Source: Phycisphaerae bacterium
GTDB lineage: Bacteria; Planctomycetota; Phycisphaerae; UBA1845; Fen-1342
Reading direction: 5' to 3'
DNA length: 64,000 nucleotides
NCBI GenBank assembly: GCA_050115495.1
Contig: JASFQK010000032.1
Span: forward strand, 1-64,000
The notes beneath the pieces are model-generated. The model searched no databases. It saw only the letters and a list, made by a program, of their open reading frames with translations, and was not told the origin of the DNA. A program made the translations under genes and the position numbers. Positions 27,389 to 36,849 of this stretch are shown piece by piece; position 1 is the stretch's first letter, and each line of letters opens with the position of its first letter.

Positions 27389-30076
27389 TCAATCGTGGCC
27401 GTCCGCGGCGGTCCGGACACCGTCGAGGTGCCCGCCCTGCGGATCGCGAACGCGGAGCGTGGCAGCCCACGCGCCGCCGTCGTTACTGACCTTGAGCAAC
27501 ACGTCGTTCCAACCCTGGCGAAGCGTGACGGCAACCTTGTCGTCGCCGCGACCGCAGCTACGAAGGGCGTTGTTGTTGAGCACGACCTCGCCATTGAGCC
27601 AGACTTTGATGCCGTCGTCGCTGCCGAGCTCGAAGCGGGCGTCCTGTTCCTGCGGCGAGTGAAGACGGGTGGCGAGATAGGCGACCCGGTTGTCGCCGGC
27701 GATGCCGTCGTTGCGGCTCAGGTCGATCCGCCAGAAGTCGCCACCGTCGGAAACCGGCTGCTGGCGCCATTCGATCGTCGCCGCCGACTCCTCGGGCGGG
27801 AAGACGACGTCGAGCAGCTCGTGGCCGGCTTTGCCCTCGCTGAAGTACGGGCCGGCGACGCGCCAATCGGTGACGAAATCCTCGTATTCTGCGACGCGCT
27901 GGCCGGTTTCTGTCGCTCGCTGGCGGACATTATCAGCGGGTGCGGCGGCGAGGACCTTGTCGATCGCGACGCGGGCCTCGGCCCAGCCGCCCGGCAGCAA
28001 ACCGTCGGCGACGGCGAGCAGGGCCATCGCCGCCTCGCCACGCAGTTCCTCGTCGGCGAGATACGGCTCAAGGACGGCGAGCGTCGCCGGGTCGTGCACG
28101 TCACCCACGCGGGCCAGCAGCATCTTGCGCTCGTCGGGCCGGCGGGCGATCTTCAGGCCGGTGTCGTAGAGCGACAGCATCTGCTCGGCGGTGCGCATGT
28201 TGTCCAACGGCACGAGCCGGGCGAAGGCTCGCAAGGCCAGCACGTGGTGCCGCGTGTCCTCGGCCTGCTCGGCGAGGTGCAGGACATCCTCGGTGGCCGC
28301 CGGGTCGGGCCAGTTGCCGAGGGCCTTGTACGCCGCCTCGCGGGCCTCTTCGCGCGTGTCGGTCGTCGCCGTGCGCAGGGCGGCCATCGTCTCGTCGCCG
28401 CCGACGTGGCCGAGCACGCGCAGCAGCGAGCAGTACTGTTCGAGCTTGTCCGGCTGCAGCGCGGCGAGCAACGGGGCAGCGCCGGCGGTATGGTCGGCGG
28501 CGCGGCTGCACGTGGCCGCGAGGGCGTGCTCGATAGCCTCACGCCGAGCTTCGGATTCCGTGCCGGCCAGCAGGCTCAGCAGCTTGTCCGTGCGACTCTC
28601 GTCGCCGAGCATTTCGACGCCGCGCAGCGCTGCGATCGAAACGGCCTCGTCGGCATCGGCGACCTGCGTGTACATGCGATCGAGCTGGGTGCGGGCCCGC
28701 CGATCGGCGAGGACATCGAGCAGCGTGGCGCGAACCGGCGGTGGCGTGTGATCGACGGCTGCGCCGAGGTGGCGGTCGAAAGACTCACCGGGAATGCGCA
28801 GCATGGCCTGGCGGACGGCCTGGACTTCGTCGTCGCTCGGCCCGGTGTGCAGGAAGGTGACGAGGCTATTGCCGCCCATCTGGCCGCCGAGCGTGACCAC
28901 GCCCGCGATCGCGGCGAGGCGGACTTGCGGGTCTTTGTCGCGCAAGGCCTGCGTGACGGCGGGCAGGCCGTCTTCGTCGCCGCGGCGGGCCAACACGTCG
29001 ATAATCGCCACGCGTACCGCCGGCGCATCGCCGGGGGACGTCAGCCGTTGGGCGAGGGCCTGCGTGGCTTCGCGACCGGGCAGCGAAATGGCGGCGTCCG
29101 TCGCGCACGCCCGCCGATCGGCGGATTCATCCGTCATCATGGCGAGAATGTCGTCGAGACACGCCGGCCCTTCGGCGGCGGCGAGACCGTGCAAGGCGGC
29201 GCATGGCGTAGACGGATCCGCCGCAGCCGCTTCGTCGTTGAGCAGTTCGCGGAACAGCTCGGCGGCGAACGTGTTCTCCCCGACTTCCGCGCCCCGCTGA
29301 GCGTAGCGCAGCAGCAACGCCGCAGCTTCGCCCGGCACCACCAGCGTGTCCAGATGCGAGCGGACGGCCGGCAGCCGCGCCGGCTCGCCCAGTTCGGCGA
29401 GCGCCCACAGGGCTGCGGCACGAATGCCGTCGTCCTGCGTATCGAGCTCCGCCTCAAACAGCGTTGCCGCTTCGGCATCGTGCAGCGCTGCCAGCGCATT
29501 GATGAGCCCGACACGCTGGGCGTCGTCAGCGGCGGACAGCGCATCACGCAAAGCCGTCGCCGCCTGCGGCCGGTTGATGGCGACCAGCGCCCGCGCCGCC
29601 GGCTCGCAGAGCGCCGCGTCGTGCAGACACTCGGCGAGGTACGGAACCGCAGTCGCGTCACCGACAAGCTGAAGCCGGGCGATGAAGAACGTCTTCACCG
29701 TGGTCGGGAGGTCGGCAAGCAGGCCGGCGCCCAAAGCCTTGATGACGCGGACGCGCTGCTCGGGCGTGCCCTGTGACGCGACGTACCACGTCACACCGTT
29801 GAGCGCCATGCGGAGTTTCGTGTCATCGCCGATGCCGGGCGCGACGAGCATGTCGCAAAGCTGGGCCAGGTCGCCGACTTCGAGACTCGCCAGCGCCTCG
29901 CCGAATTCGGCGGGATCGTTGGCATTGTCGAACTCGATGCGGGCGAGGATCGCATCCAGGTTGTCCGACTGAGCGAACGTTGCCGCCGGCCCGCAGATGA
30001 CGAGCAGCAACCCGGCGACGCCAGCGAACGTCAGCCCGAGGCGACGGTGAATCAACGGCAGATGGTTCGTGTTCAT
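27389..30076 (-). CDS. Secreted HEAT-repeat protein with C-terminal beta-sandwich domain
   Basis: Signal peptide from MNTNH; many VRxAAxxAL helical repeats; C-terminal WRVAGPY...LGSDDGIKVWLNG...GWNDVLLKV domain. Confidence 0.8.
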   Translation of the reverse strand: MNTNHLPLIHRRLGLTFAGVAGLLLVICGPAATFAQSDNLDAILARIEFDNANDPAEFGEALASLEVGDLAQLCDMLVAPGIGDDTKLRMALNGVTWYVASQGTPEQRVRVIKALGAGLLADLPTTVKTFFIARLQLVGDATAVPYLAECLHDAALCEPAARALVAINRPQAATALRDALSAADDAQRVGLINALAALHDAEAATLFEAELDTQDDGIRAAALWALAELGEPARLPAVRSHLDTLVVPGEAAALLLRYAQRGAEVGENTFAAELFRELLNDEAAAADPSTPCAALHGLAAAEGPACLDDILAMMTDESADRRACATDAAISLPGREATQALAQRLTSPGDAPAVRVAIIDVLARRGDEDGLPAVTQALRDKDPQVRLAAIAGVVTLGGQMGGNSLVTFLHTGPSDDEVQAVRQAMLRIPGESFDRHLGAAVDHTPPPVRATLLDVLADRRARTQLDRMYTQVADADEAVSIAALRGVEMLGDESRTDKLLSLLAGTESEARREAIEHALAATCSRAADHTAGAAPLLAALQPDKLEQYCSLLRVLGHVGGDETMAALRTATTDTREEAREAAYKALGNWPDPAATEDVLHLAEQAEDTRHHVLALRAFARLVPLDNMRTAEQMLSLYDTGLKIARRPDERKMLLARVGDVHDPATLAVLEPYLADEELRGEAAMALLAVADGLLPGGWAEARVAIDKVLAAAPADNVRQRATETGQRVAEYEDFVTDWRVAGPYFSEGKAGHELLDVVFPPEESAATIEWRQQPVSDGGDFWRIDLSRNDGIAGDNRVAYLATRLHSPQEQDARFELGSDDGIKVWLNGEVVLNNNALRSCGRGDDKVAVTLRQGWNDVLLKVSNDGGAWAATLRVRDPQGGHLDGVRTAADGHD

Positions 30077-30089
30077 CCGCTCCTCCGCT

Positions 30090-31379
30090 TTACAGATGCC
30101 ACGGGGCCCGCATGGGCACCGCGACCAGTCGGTTGGCCTGTTCGTCATTCTCGAACCGCTCGTTCACGGGGTCGTACGCGAGGCGCCGCCCGAGTCGAAT
30201 GGCGGCCGCCGCCAGATTGACCAGCGTGCAGGAGCGATGGGCAGCCTCCTCGTTGCCGCCGGCCTTCTGCCGCGTCTTCAGGGCGGTCTCGAAATCGAGC
30301 AGCGACGGCGGATCGGCGATACCGGCGAGCTGCTCGAACAGCCCGGCCGGCTCGGTACGGTAGTTGTCGAACACCTTGCCGTTGGGCCCCTCGATGAACG
30401 GCTTGCCAGCGGGCTCCGGGTCGCCCCATTCGCCGCTGGTGAGGATGATCGTGTCGCCGTCGGCGTAGCGCATCGTCACCGATTCCCACATGCCGACCGC
30501 GTCCGGATGCGAGGGCCACGGGGCAACCGCGGAGACCTCGACCGGGCTGGTGTCGTCCTTGCCGAGCACGTACTGGACCGGGTCGAGGTAGTGCTGGCCC
30601 ATATCGGTCAGGCCGCCGCCGTCGTAATCCCAGTAGCCGCGGAAGGTCTGGTGCACGCGGTGCGGGTGGTATGGCTTGAACTGGGCCGGCCCGAGCCACA
30701 TGTCGTAGTCGAGGTTCTCGGGGACCAGTTGCGGCGTCAGGTTGGGCCGCCCGCTCCACTCGGCGACCTTCCAGTTAAAGCCCTGCACGCGACCGATACG
30801 GACGGTCAGCGGCCGGCCGAGCAGCCCGCTGCGCACCAACTTCCACAGCATCTTCGACGCCCCGTAGTGATACAGGTTTCCGAAGCGGGAGTGCGTATTG
30901 ACCTGGAGCACGCGGCCGCAGCGGCGGACCGTGTCGGCGTAGGCCCGGCCCTCGGCGATCGTGTGCGAGAACGGCTTCTCGGTCATGATGTCGAAGCCGG
31001 CCCGGGCGGCGGCGATGCCCATCAGGGCGTGCCAGTGCGGCGGTGTGGCGATGTGGATGGTGTCGATGTCCGTGCGGTCGAGCACGCGGCGCCAGTCGCT
31101 GTACGCCTTGCACTCGCCGCCGGCCTTCTTCATCGCCCGGTCGAGGTGGCGCTGGTCGACGTCGCAGACGGCGAGCGTACGGGCCGGCTCGCCCTTCACG
31201 TTCTCCGTGACGTGGCCGGCCATGCCCATGCCGCCGGTCCCGATGACCGCGCGGGTGATGACCTCACTGGGTGCGGTGCAGCGCGGCCCGCCGAGCACGT
31301 GCCGCGGCACGATATAGAACACGGTCCCGGCGGTGATCGCCCTGCCGAGGAAGCCGCGCCGGCTGATCTTGTTGGCCAT
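30090..31379 (-). CDS. Tat-exported Gfo/Idh/MocA family oxidoreductase
   Basis: SRRGFLG twin-arginine signal; IGTGGMG, IATPPHWH, EKP and YDMWLGPA motifs. Confidence 0.9.
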   Translation of the reverse strand: MANKISRRGFLGRAITAGTVFYIVPRHVLGGPRCTAPSEVITRAVIGTGGMGMAGHVTENVKGEPARTLAVCDVDQRHLDRAMKKAGGECKAYSDWRRVLDRTDIDTIHIATPPHWHALMGIAAARAGFDIMTEKPFSHTIAEGRAYADTVRRCGRVLQVNTHSRFGNLYHYGASKMLWKLVRSGLLGRPLTVRIGRVQGFNWKVAEWSGRPNLTPQLVPENLDYDMWLGPAQFKPYHPHRVHQTFRGYWDYDGGGLTDMGQHYLDPVQYVLGKDDTSPVEVSAVAPWPSHPDAVGMWESVTMRYADGDTIILTSGEWGDPEPAGKPFIEGPNGKVFDNYRTEPAGLFEQLAGIADPPSLLDFETALKTRQKAGGNEEAAHRSCTLVNLAAAAIRLGRRLAYDPVNERFENDEQANRLVAVPMRAPWHL

Positions 31380-31472
31380 GTGGATACCTCACGCCCCCGA
31401 TCGGTTCCATTACCGAACGCGGTGGCCATGGTAGCGAGCAGCACGCCGGTGTGAAAGCGGGGTGCGGCGCCG

Positions 31473-32423
31473 TCAGCCGGAGCCGCCGGCCGCGGCGAGT
31501 GAAGCGAACAGGTCGCCGTAGGCGTGCAGCCGGGGCCCGTCCGCCGACTCGACGAGTTGCAGCGCGGAGCTGCCCGGCCGCCGGCGGCAGACGTCGTCGG
31601 CCTCCGTCGGCGAAAGGACCATGAAGGCGGTGGAGAGGGCGTCGGCGAAGGCGCCGGTCGGCGCGTGGGCCCAGGCGCCCAGAATACCCGTCGCCGGCTT
31701 CTCCGAACGCGGGTCGATGATGTGCCGGCCGTGCAGCAGCGCGCCCGAGCCGCTGAGCGCACCGGTGGTCAGGCGGATCGACCCAAGCGTCTTCGCCGGA
31801 TCGGTGGGGTCACGCACGGCCACGGTCCAGACGGACGCGTCGGCGGGCGGGCCGATGATGCAGGCCGTGCTCTGACCGGAGTGCAGCAGGGCCCGCTCGA
31901 TGGACCAGTCGCCCAGCACCGCAGCCGCCCGGTCGAGGGCATAGCCCTTGCCGATGCCACCCAGATCGACGACCACCCCCTCCTCCCGGCGGACGACCGC
32001 CCGCTGGACCGGGTCGATGCCCAGCAGCCGCATACCGACCTTCACGGGCCGGCTGGCTGGGGCGCTGCTCGCGTGCAGCAACCCGCCGACGGTGACATCG
32101 AACGCACCGTTCGTGTCTTCACAAAGCTGGGCGGCGAGCGTGAGGCATTCGAGCAACTCGACGCCGACACGCAGCGGCTGGCCAGCGGGCGTGGCGTTCA
32201 GCCGGGCCACGTCGCTGTGCGGGATGAAGCGGCTGAGCTCCTGCTCGACGCGATCAACTTCCTCGAAGGCGGCGTGGGCGGCCTGATGGGCGTAGCCGGC
32301 CTCTCCGCCGACGATGCACAGCCCCCACTCGCAGGCCATCGCGTCGTGCGTGAAGCTGTGCCGCGGGCCGGGAGCGGTCGCCGGGGCGATGTCGAGGGCC
32401 GGCGGTCGTGGGGCGTCACTCAT
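31473..32423 (-). CDS. apbE: FAD:protein FMN transferase (ApbE family)
   Basis: LSRFIPHSDVARLN, GAFDVTVG, DLGGIGKGYALD, HIIDPRS and ADALSTA. Start at MSDAP (32423), just after the upstream stop. Confidence 0.88.
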   Translation of the reverse strand: MSDAPRPPALDIAPATAPGPRHSFTHDAMACEWGLCIVGGEAGYAHQAAHAAFEEVDRVEQELSRFIPHSDVARLNATPAGQPLRVGVELLECLTLAAQLCEDTNGAFDVTVGGLLHASSAPASRPVKVGMRLLGIDPVQRAVVRREEGVVVDLGGIGKGYALDRAAAVLGDWSIERALLHSGQSTACIIGPPADASVWTVAVRDPTDPAKTLGSIRLTTGALSGSGALLHGRHIIDPRSEKPATGILGAWAHAPTGAFADALSTAFMVLSPTEADDVCRRRPGSSALQLVESADGPRLHAYGDLFASLAAAGGSG

Positions 32424-32427
32424 GGGG

Positions 32428-33981
32428 TTAGTCCGACGGGCGGCTGGCGGCGGCGGTCTCGGCGACCACGAAGGCCGCGTACACGTCACGCCGAACGTAG
32501 ACGACCAGCGTCTCGTCGCGGCGGAGTCCATAGTAGCGGGGCACGTCGCACGTGTCGCCGAGCAGTGGGTCGAGCTGGTCAGCGAAGCGGCTGCTGGCGA
32601 TGACGACGCCCGCTCCGGTGCCCACGCCGGCGGGCACATCCTCCCAGTAGCCCACGTGCTCGTGATGACGCAGGTACCACGGCAGCGGCCAGCAGTTCGG
32701 CACGATGACGTGGATCACGAGCGGCTGGTCGGCCGGCTGCGTGCGGGCCAGGCGGTCGATGTAGCCGGTGAGCTTGAGGACGTCGGAGACGGGGTGGGCG
32801 TAGACGTAGGGGTTGCGGGGGTCGTTGGTGAAGCGGCCGTCGGCGCGGACGGTCTGCACGCCGAGGTGGGCGATGCCGACGGTCAGCAGCACGAGCACGA
32901 CCGCCAAGCGAGCGAAGCCGGCGCCGGCGAGGCGGATGAGTGTCGCGGCGCCGAAGCCGGCGAGCAGGATCATGCCGTGCAGGAAGCCAAGCAGGCACCA
33001 GGGTGTCTTGTAGGGGATCACCGCGTACGCCGCGGTCAGGAGCACGGTGTACACCGCGATGAACAGCGGCAGTCGGCTCGTCGCCCGGCGGCACCAGGCG
33101 GCGACGGCGCCGATGAGCGCCAGCAGCAGGATGAGCCCCTCGCTCCACGCCGGCGCCGGAGCGTAGCGCGTGTATGCCAGCAGGCTCAGGTAGTAATTCC
33201 AGGGGTGGATGTGCTGGCTGCCTCCGGCGCGGCTGAAGTAGGTGGCGAAGGTGCGCCAGGCGTCCAGTGGGCCGCGCGGGTTGGTGAAGAACCCGGAAAG
33301 CAGCGTCGCCGAAACCGCGACAGCGGCGAGCAGTGTCGCGATCAGCAGTGCAAGACTCGGTCGGCGTGGCACGGCCATCGTGCCGCGCGGCCGGCAGAAC
33401 ACGGTCACGACCAGAGCCGCAGCCAGTGCTCCCCAGGCGATGACGCACGTTTCCTTCGTCGCCTGCATGAACCCGAGCCCGGCACCGGCCAGCAGCAGCC
33501 AGCCGGCGCGTCCCGAGCGCACATAGCGCCAGCCGGCGGCCAGCACCAGCATGGTGAAGAAGACGAGCAGCGTCTCCTGGATGTAGTAGCGGCTGTAGAA
33601 GGCCATGGCCGGCGAGACCGCGGTCAGCACGCCCGCCAGCACCGCCGCCCCGCGGCCGAGTCCGTCGCCCACCAGGAGCAGCAGCAGTACCAGCCCGACG
33701 CCGAACAGCACGGGGACCAGGCGGAACATGGCCATCGACGTGTCGCGCCAGTCGTGCGCCCCGCTCAGCCAGGCCGCCGGCAGCGCGAAGTAGTAGATCG
33801 TCGGCCCGTGGTACTCGTGCGGGTCGTAGACGTAGCGCCCGGTCGTCAGCAGCTCATTGAACTTGTAGGCGTGGACCGCCTCGTCCGTGTGCACGTAACG
33901 CCGGTCCAGTTGCGGCAGCCGCAGGGCCAGCGCCCCGACGGCGACGAGGACGAGCACCGCGGCTGCGAGCCGGGCCGGCAT
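32428..33981 (-). CDS. TIGR03663/Agl23-like integral membrane protein (GT-C/ArnT-like fold)
   Basis: HTDEAVH...YVYDPHEYHGP, SPAMAFYSRYYIQE, ATKET and IPYKTPW motifs; many TM helices. Confidence 0.8.
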   Translation of the reverse strand: MPARLAAAVLVLVAVGALALRLPQLDRRYVHTDEAVHAYKFNELLTTGRYVYDPHEYHGPTIYYFALPAAWLSGAHDWRDTSMAMFRLVPVLFGVGLVLLLLLVGDGLGRGAAVLAGVLTAVSPAMAFYSRYYIQETLLVFFTMLVLAAGWRYVRSGRAGWLLLAGAGLGFMQATKETCVIAWGALAAALVVTVFCRPRGTMAVPRRPSLALLIATLLAAVAVSATLLSGFFTNPRGPLDAWRTFATYFSRAGGSQHIHPWNYYLSLLAYTRYAPAPAWSEGLILLLALIGAVAAWCRRATSRLPLFIAVYTVLLTAAYAVIPYKTPWCLLGFLHGMILLAGFGAATLIRLAGAGFARLAVVLVLLTVGIAHLGVQTVRADGRFTNDPRNPYVYAHPVSDVLKLTGYIDRLARTQPADQPLVIHVIVPNCWPLPWYLRHHEHVGYWEDVPAGVGTGAGVVIASSRFADQLDPLLGDTCDVPRYYGLRRDETLVVYVRRDVYAAFVVAETAAASRPSD

Positions 33982-33986
33982 GGCGG

Positions 33987-34730
33987 CTACTTCGGCGGCT
34001 TGCCGTAGATGTCGACCTCGGTGTAGTGGTTCTGATCGTCGGCCGTGCTGCCGTTGCTGTACAGCCGAATGTAACGGGCCACCACACCCTTGGCGTCGAT
34101 CAGCTTGCCTTCGAACGTCTCCCAGTACTCGTATTCCTTGCCGAGGCCGAGGCCGGACGAGTTGTCGTGGTCGTTGTTGAAGACGGTGCGGACGTTGGTG
34201 ATGAAGTCCTCATCGTCGGCGACCTGCACCACGACGTCGTGGTAGACGCGGGCGGTGGAGTGATAGTGCCAGATGAGGACGGCCTGGATGGCGACCTTCT
34301 TCTTGAGGTCGATCTGCACCCACTGCCGGCCGGGGCCGAGCTCGACGTAGCTGCCTTCGTTGGCCTCGCGGTCGCCGTCGGTGACGCACTTGATCGCCCC
34401 GATGATCGGCTCGTTGTCGCTGGCCGTGACGGGCATGCCGCGGGAAACGAGCACCGTACCCGGCGGGACCATCAGGTCGGGACGCGGGCCCTTGCGCGGC
34501 GGCTCGAGACGCGTGCCGGGCGGGACGTTCTCCGGCGTACCCTTGAAAGCGGGCTTGGGCAGCTTCAGTTCGAGCGGCACGAGGTCGCCGGCGGGCTTCT
34601 TGTCCTGCTTGGCGGCGTCGGCCGTGTTAGGCTTCGTCTCCTGCGTGACGGCGGGGGCGCCGCTCCACAGCAGCAGGGTCAGCAGGCCCGAAAGGCAGGC
34701 GAGCATCTTGCAGTTGCAGCGGTGGGTCAT
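33987..34730 (-). CDS. Secreted discoidin/galactose-binding-like domain protein
   Basis: Signal peptide; LKLPKPAFKGTP; VTDGD...QWVQIDL...ARYIRLYSNG...NHYTEV F5/8-type pattern. ATGA overlap with the upstream gene. Confidence 0.75.
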   Translation of the reverse strand: MTHRCNCKMLACLSGLLTLLLWSGAPAVTQETKPNTADAAKQDKKPAGDLVPLELKLPKPAFKGTPENVPPGTRLEPPRKGPRPDLMVPPGTVLVSRGMPVTASDNEPIIGAIKCVTDGDREANEGSYVELGPGRQWVQIDLKKKVAIQAVLIWHYHSTARVYHDVVVQVADDEDFITNVRTVFNNDHDNSSGLGLGKEYEYWETFEGKLIDAKGVVARYIRLYSNGSTADDQNHYTEVDIYGKPPK

Positions 34731-36796
34731 GTCGATCTTCCTTCATTCGTCAGCCGCCGGGCCCAGAGCGAGACCAGCGTATGCAACACCATAACGGCGG
34801 CGAAACACCAGGCCGCCGTCGCGTGGATCTCCGTGAGGGCGTGCTGATCCTCGGTGCCGAAGACGGGCAGCATCGCCACCAGCATCGCCGACATGAGCAC
34901 CAGGCCCAGAACCACGCCCGGCCAGAACATCAATCGTTGTCCGCGGGTCAGACCGGCGGCCGCCGGCCCAGGACCGAATCGGCAGCGCGGCGCCCATTGC
35001 AGCACCGTGCCCGTGAAACCCAGGGTGAACAGGCCGGCGCCGGACATGTGCGCCAGCAGGAGCCAGCCTTCCATCTCACCGACGATCGGCCGGATGACCA
35101 GCGCCGTCGCGAACTGCACCAGCGCGCCGAGAATGGCCGCATAATGGAAAAGCCGCTCGTAGAGGCTGAAGCCGCGTCGCGTGGGCGGCTCGCCGCGGAA
35201 GCCCTGCAATACGTAGCGCACCAGCACGAGCGCAATCAGCGCGGCGCAGACCAACCCGAAGACCTTGAACACCGGCCGCACGGTGAAGCCCAGCGCCCAG
35301 ATGCGGGCCTCGGCTTCATCGTCGCCGCGAAAGGCCGTCATGCTGACCGGCTTGCCGTCGGCGCCGATGACCTGGCCGAAGAAGACGGCGCCGTCCTCGG
35401 CGTGGCAATCGGTGCAATCGCCGATGCCCAGCGATTGCGACGCCGGCCGCACGTTGTGCGCCAGCGACCAGCGGTACGGCTGGAGGTCGCTGCTGCCCGC
35501 GTACCAGACCATGCGCTGTGGGGCGATCCGCCCGTCCGACTGCTGGGCGAAGACCGGGCCGAGGATCAGCGGCGGATCGTCGTTCGTGCGATCGCGCGAG
35601 GCCAGGCCGAGGCCGTGGGCCAGCGCCGTCTGGAACTGCTGGAGCTTCAGCCGGGGCAGCGGGCCCGAGTGACACGCCGTGCAGGTCAGCTTGTCGAAGT
35701 GCACGGGCGGCAGACCGCGGTGCTCGGGGTGCGGTGCGCCGTAGCGCCCGCCGAGCGAGACGTCGGGATCGTCCGGATCGGGCGTGCCCAGGTGACAGCC
35801 GGCGCACGAGTACGCCGCCAGGGCCGGCATGCCGCGATCGGCCGCTTCGCCGTCGTAGCCGCGGACGGTGGCGTGGTCGATGGTATTGCGGTGGCAGTCG
35901 ACGCAAAGCAGGCCGGCGGCCAGGTGCACGTCACGCGTGCTGAGCAGGTCCGACTCGGCGTCGATCCCCACCTCACGCACCGTGTGGCAGAACAGGCAGC
36001 GCTCGTTCGGCACGCGGCGGGTCACGTCGAAGAAGACGCGGTCGTCGGGATCGAAGCGCGTTCGGTCCCAGACCAGTCGCGGACCGGCCTGCTCGGGGTA
36101 GTCGGGATTGGGCGGGGCAAGCGGGTCCCAGTCGTCCGGCGCCTTGCGGGCCTCGCCACGCACGACGGCCAGGCCAAGGGCCGCGGTCGGCGCCCACTTG
36201 AAGTTCTGCACCTCGATCTGCTGGGCCGCGACGGCGGGGTCGTGCTGCTGGCCGGTGCTGTGGCAGAAGAGGCAGTCGATTTCGAGCTGTGATGAAATGT
36301 GCCAGCGAACGGACTCGGGAGCGGCGTTGATCTCTGCGGCCGTCGGCGCGCCGTAGCCGCCGCCGGGCGTATGGTGGCCGAAGCGCAGGACGAACTGCCA
36401 GTCGGTCATTCCTGCCGCCGCCGGGGTCTGCGTTCCCGGCCAACCGCGGCCGGAGATGGGCCAGACGGCGCCCGTCTCGCGATCGACGAGGAACCACGGC
36501 TCGCCCGGGCGACCGGGCAACGCGCCGTGCGGCTCGTTGAAGTGCCAGCCGCTGCTGATGGCCGAGTAGTCGTGACACTTGCCGCAGGTGGCTCGCGGCG
36601 AATAGGGGCCGGCGGTCTCGTCCGTCGGGTCGATGGCCGCCCCGTCCTCGTCGTACAGCGTGATGCGGTGCACGTACGGTGCGTCGCTGTCCGTGCGTAG
36701 CGTCTGGGGGGGCTCGGCCAGGTCGGCGGCGAAGACCCAGCCCGTGGCGAGCAGTCCGCAGATCAACGGCAGCAGCGCAGCAGGCTGGCGGGGCAC
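34727..36796 (-). CDS. Multiheme cytochrome c (7 CxxCH) fused to a C-terminal cytochrome-b-like membrane domain
   Basis: Signal peptide; CGKCH, CLFCH, CLFCH, CVDCH, CAGCH, CTACH, CTDCH. C-terminal TM helices with FSLYERLFH, LAH, GQRLMFW and EIH...VLH, resembling FdnI/HyaC-type di-heme b subunits. Confidence 0.85.
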   Translation of the reverse strand: MPRQPAALLPLICGLLATGWVFAADLAEPPQTLRTDSDAPYVHRITLYDEDGAAIDPTDETAGPYSPRATCGKCHDYSAISSGWHFNEPHGALPGRPGEPWFLVDRETGAVWPISGRGWPGTQTPAAAGMTDWQFVLRFGHHTPGGGYGAPTAAEINAAPESVRWHISSQLEIDCLFCHSTGQQHDPAVAAQQIEVQNFKWAPTAALGLAVVRGEARKAPDDWDPLAPPNPDYPEQAGPRLVWDRTRFDPDDRVFFDVTRRVPNERCLFCHTVREVGIDAESDLLSTRDVHLAAGLLCVDCHRNTIDHATVRGYDGEAADRGMPALAAYSCAGCHLGTPDPDDPDVSLGGRYGAPHPEHRGLPPVHFDKLTCTACHSGPLPRLKLQQFQTALAHGLGLASRDRTNDDPPLILGPVFAQQSDGRIAPQRMVWYAGSSDLQPYRWSLAHNVRPASQSLGIGDCTDCHAEDGAVFFGQVIGADGKPVSMTAFRGDDEAEARIWALGFTVRPVFKVFGLVCAALIALVLVRYVLQGFRGEPPTRRGFSLYERLFHYAAILGALVQFATALVIRPIVGEMEGWLLLAHMSGAGLFTLGFTGTVLQWAPRCRFGPGPAAAGLTRGQRLMFWPGVVLGLVLMSAMLVAMLPVFGTEDQHALTEIHATAAWCFAAVMVLHTLVSLWARRLTNEGRST

Positions 36797-36849
36797 GCGA
36801 CCTCCTTTGTGCTCATCTCCGGGCGACGACCGGCGGCAGCGCCGGGCCG

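Noticed and set aside
26078..29776. 1232-aa + strand ORF
   Set aside because: Antisense shadow of the ThuA/DUF1080 and HEAT genes. Long stop-free reverse frames are expected at this GC content, and it has no recognisable motifs.
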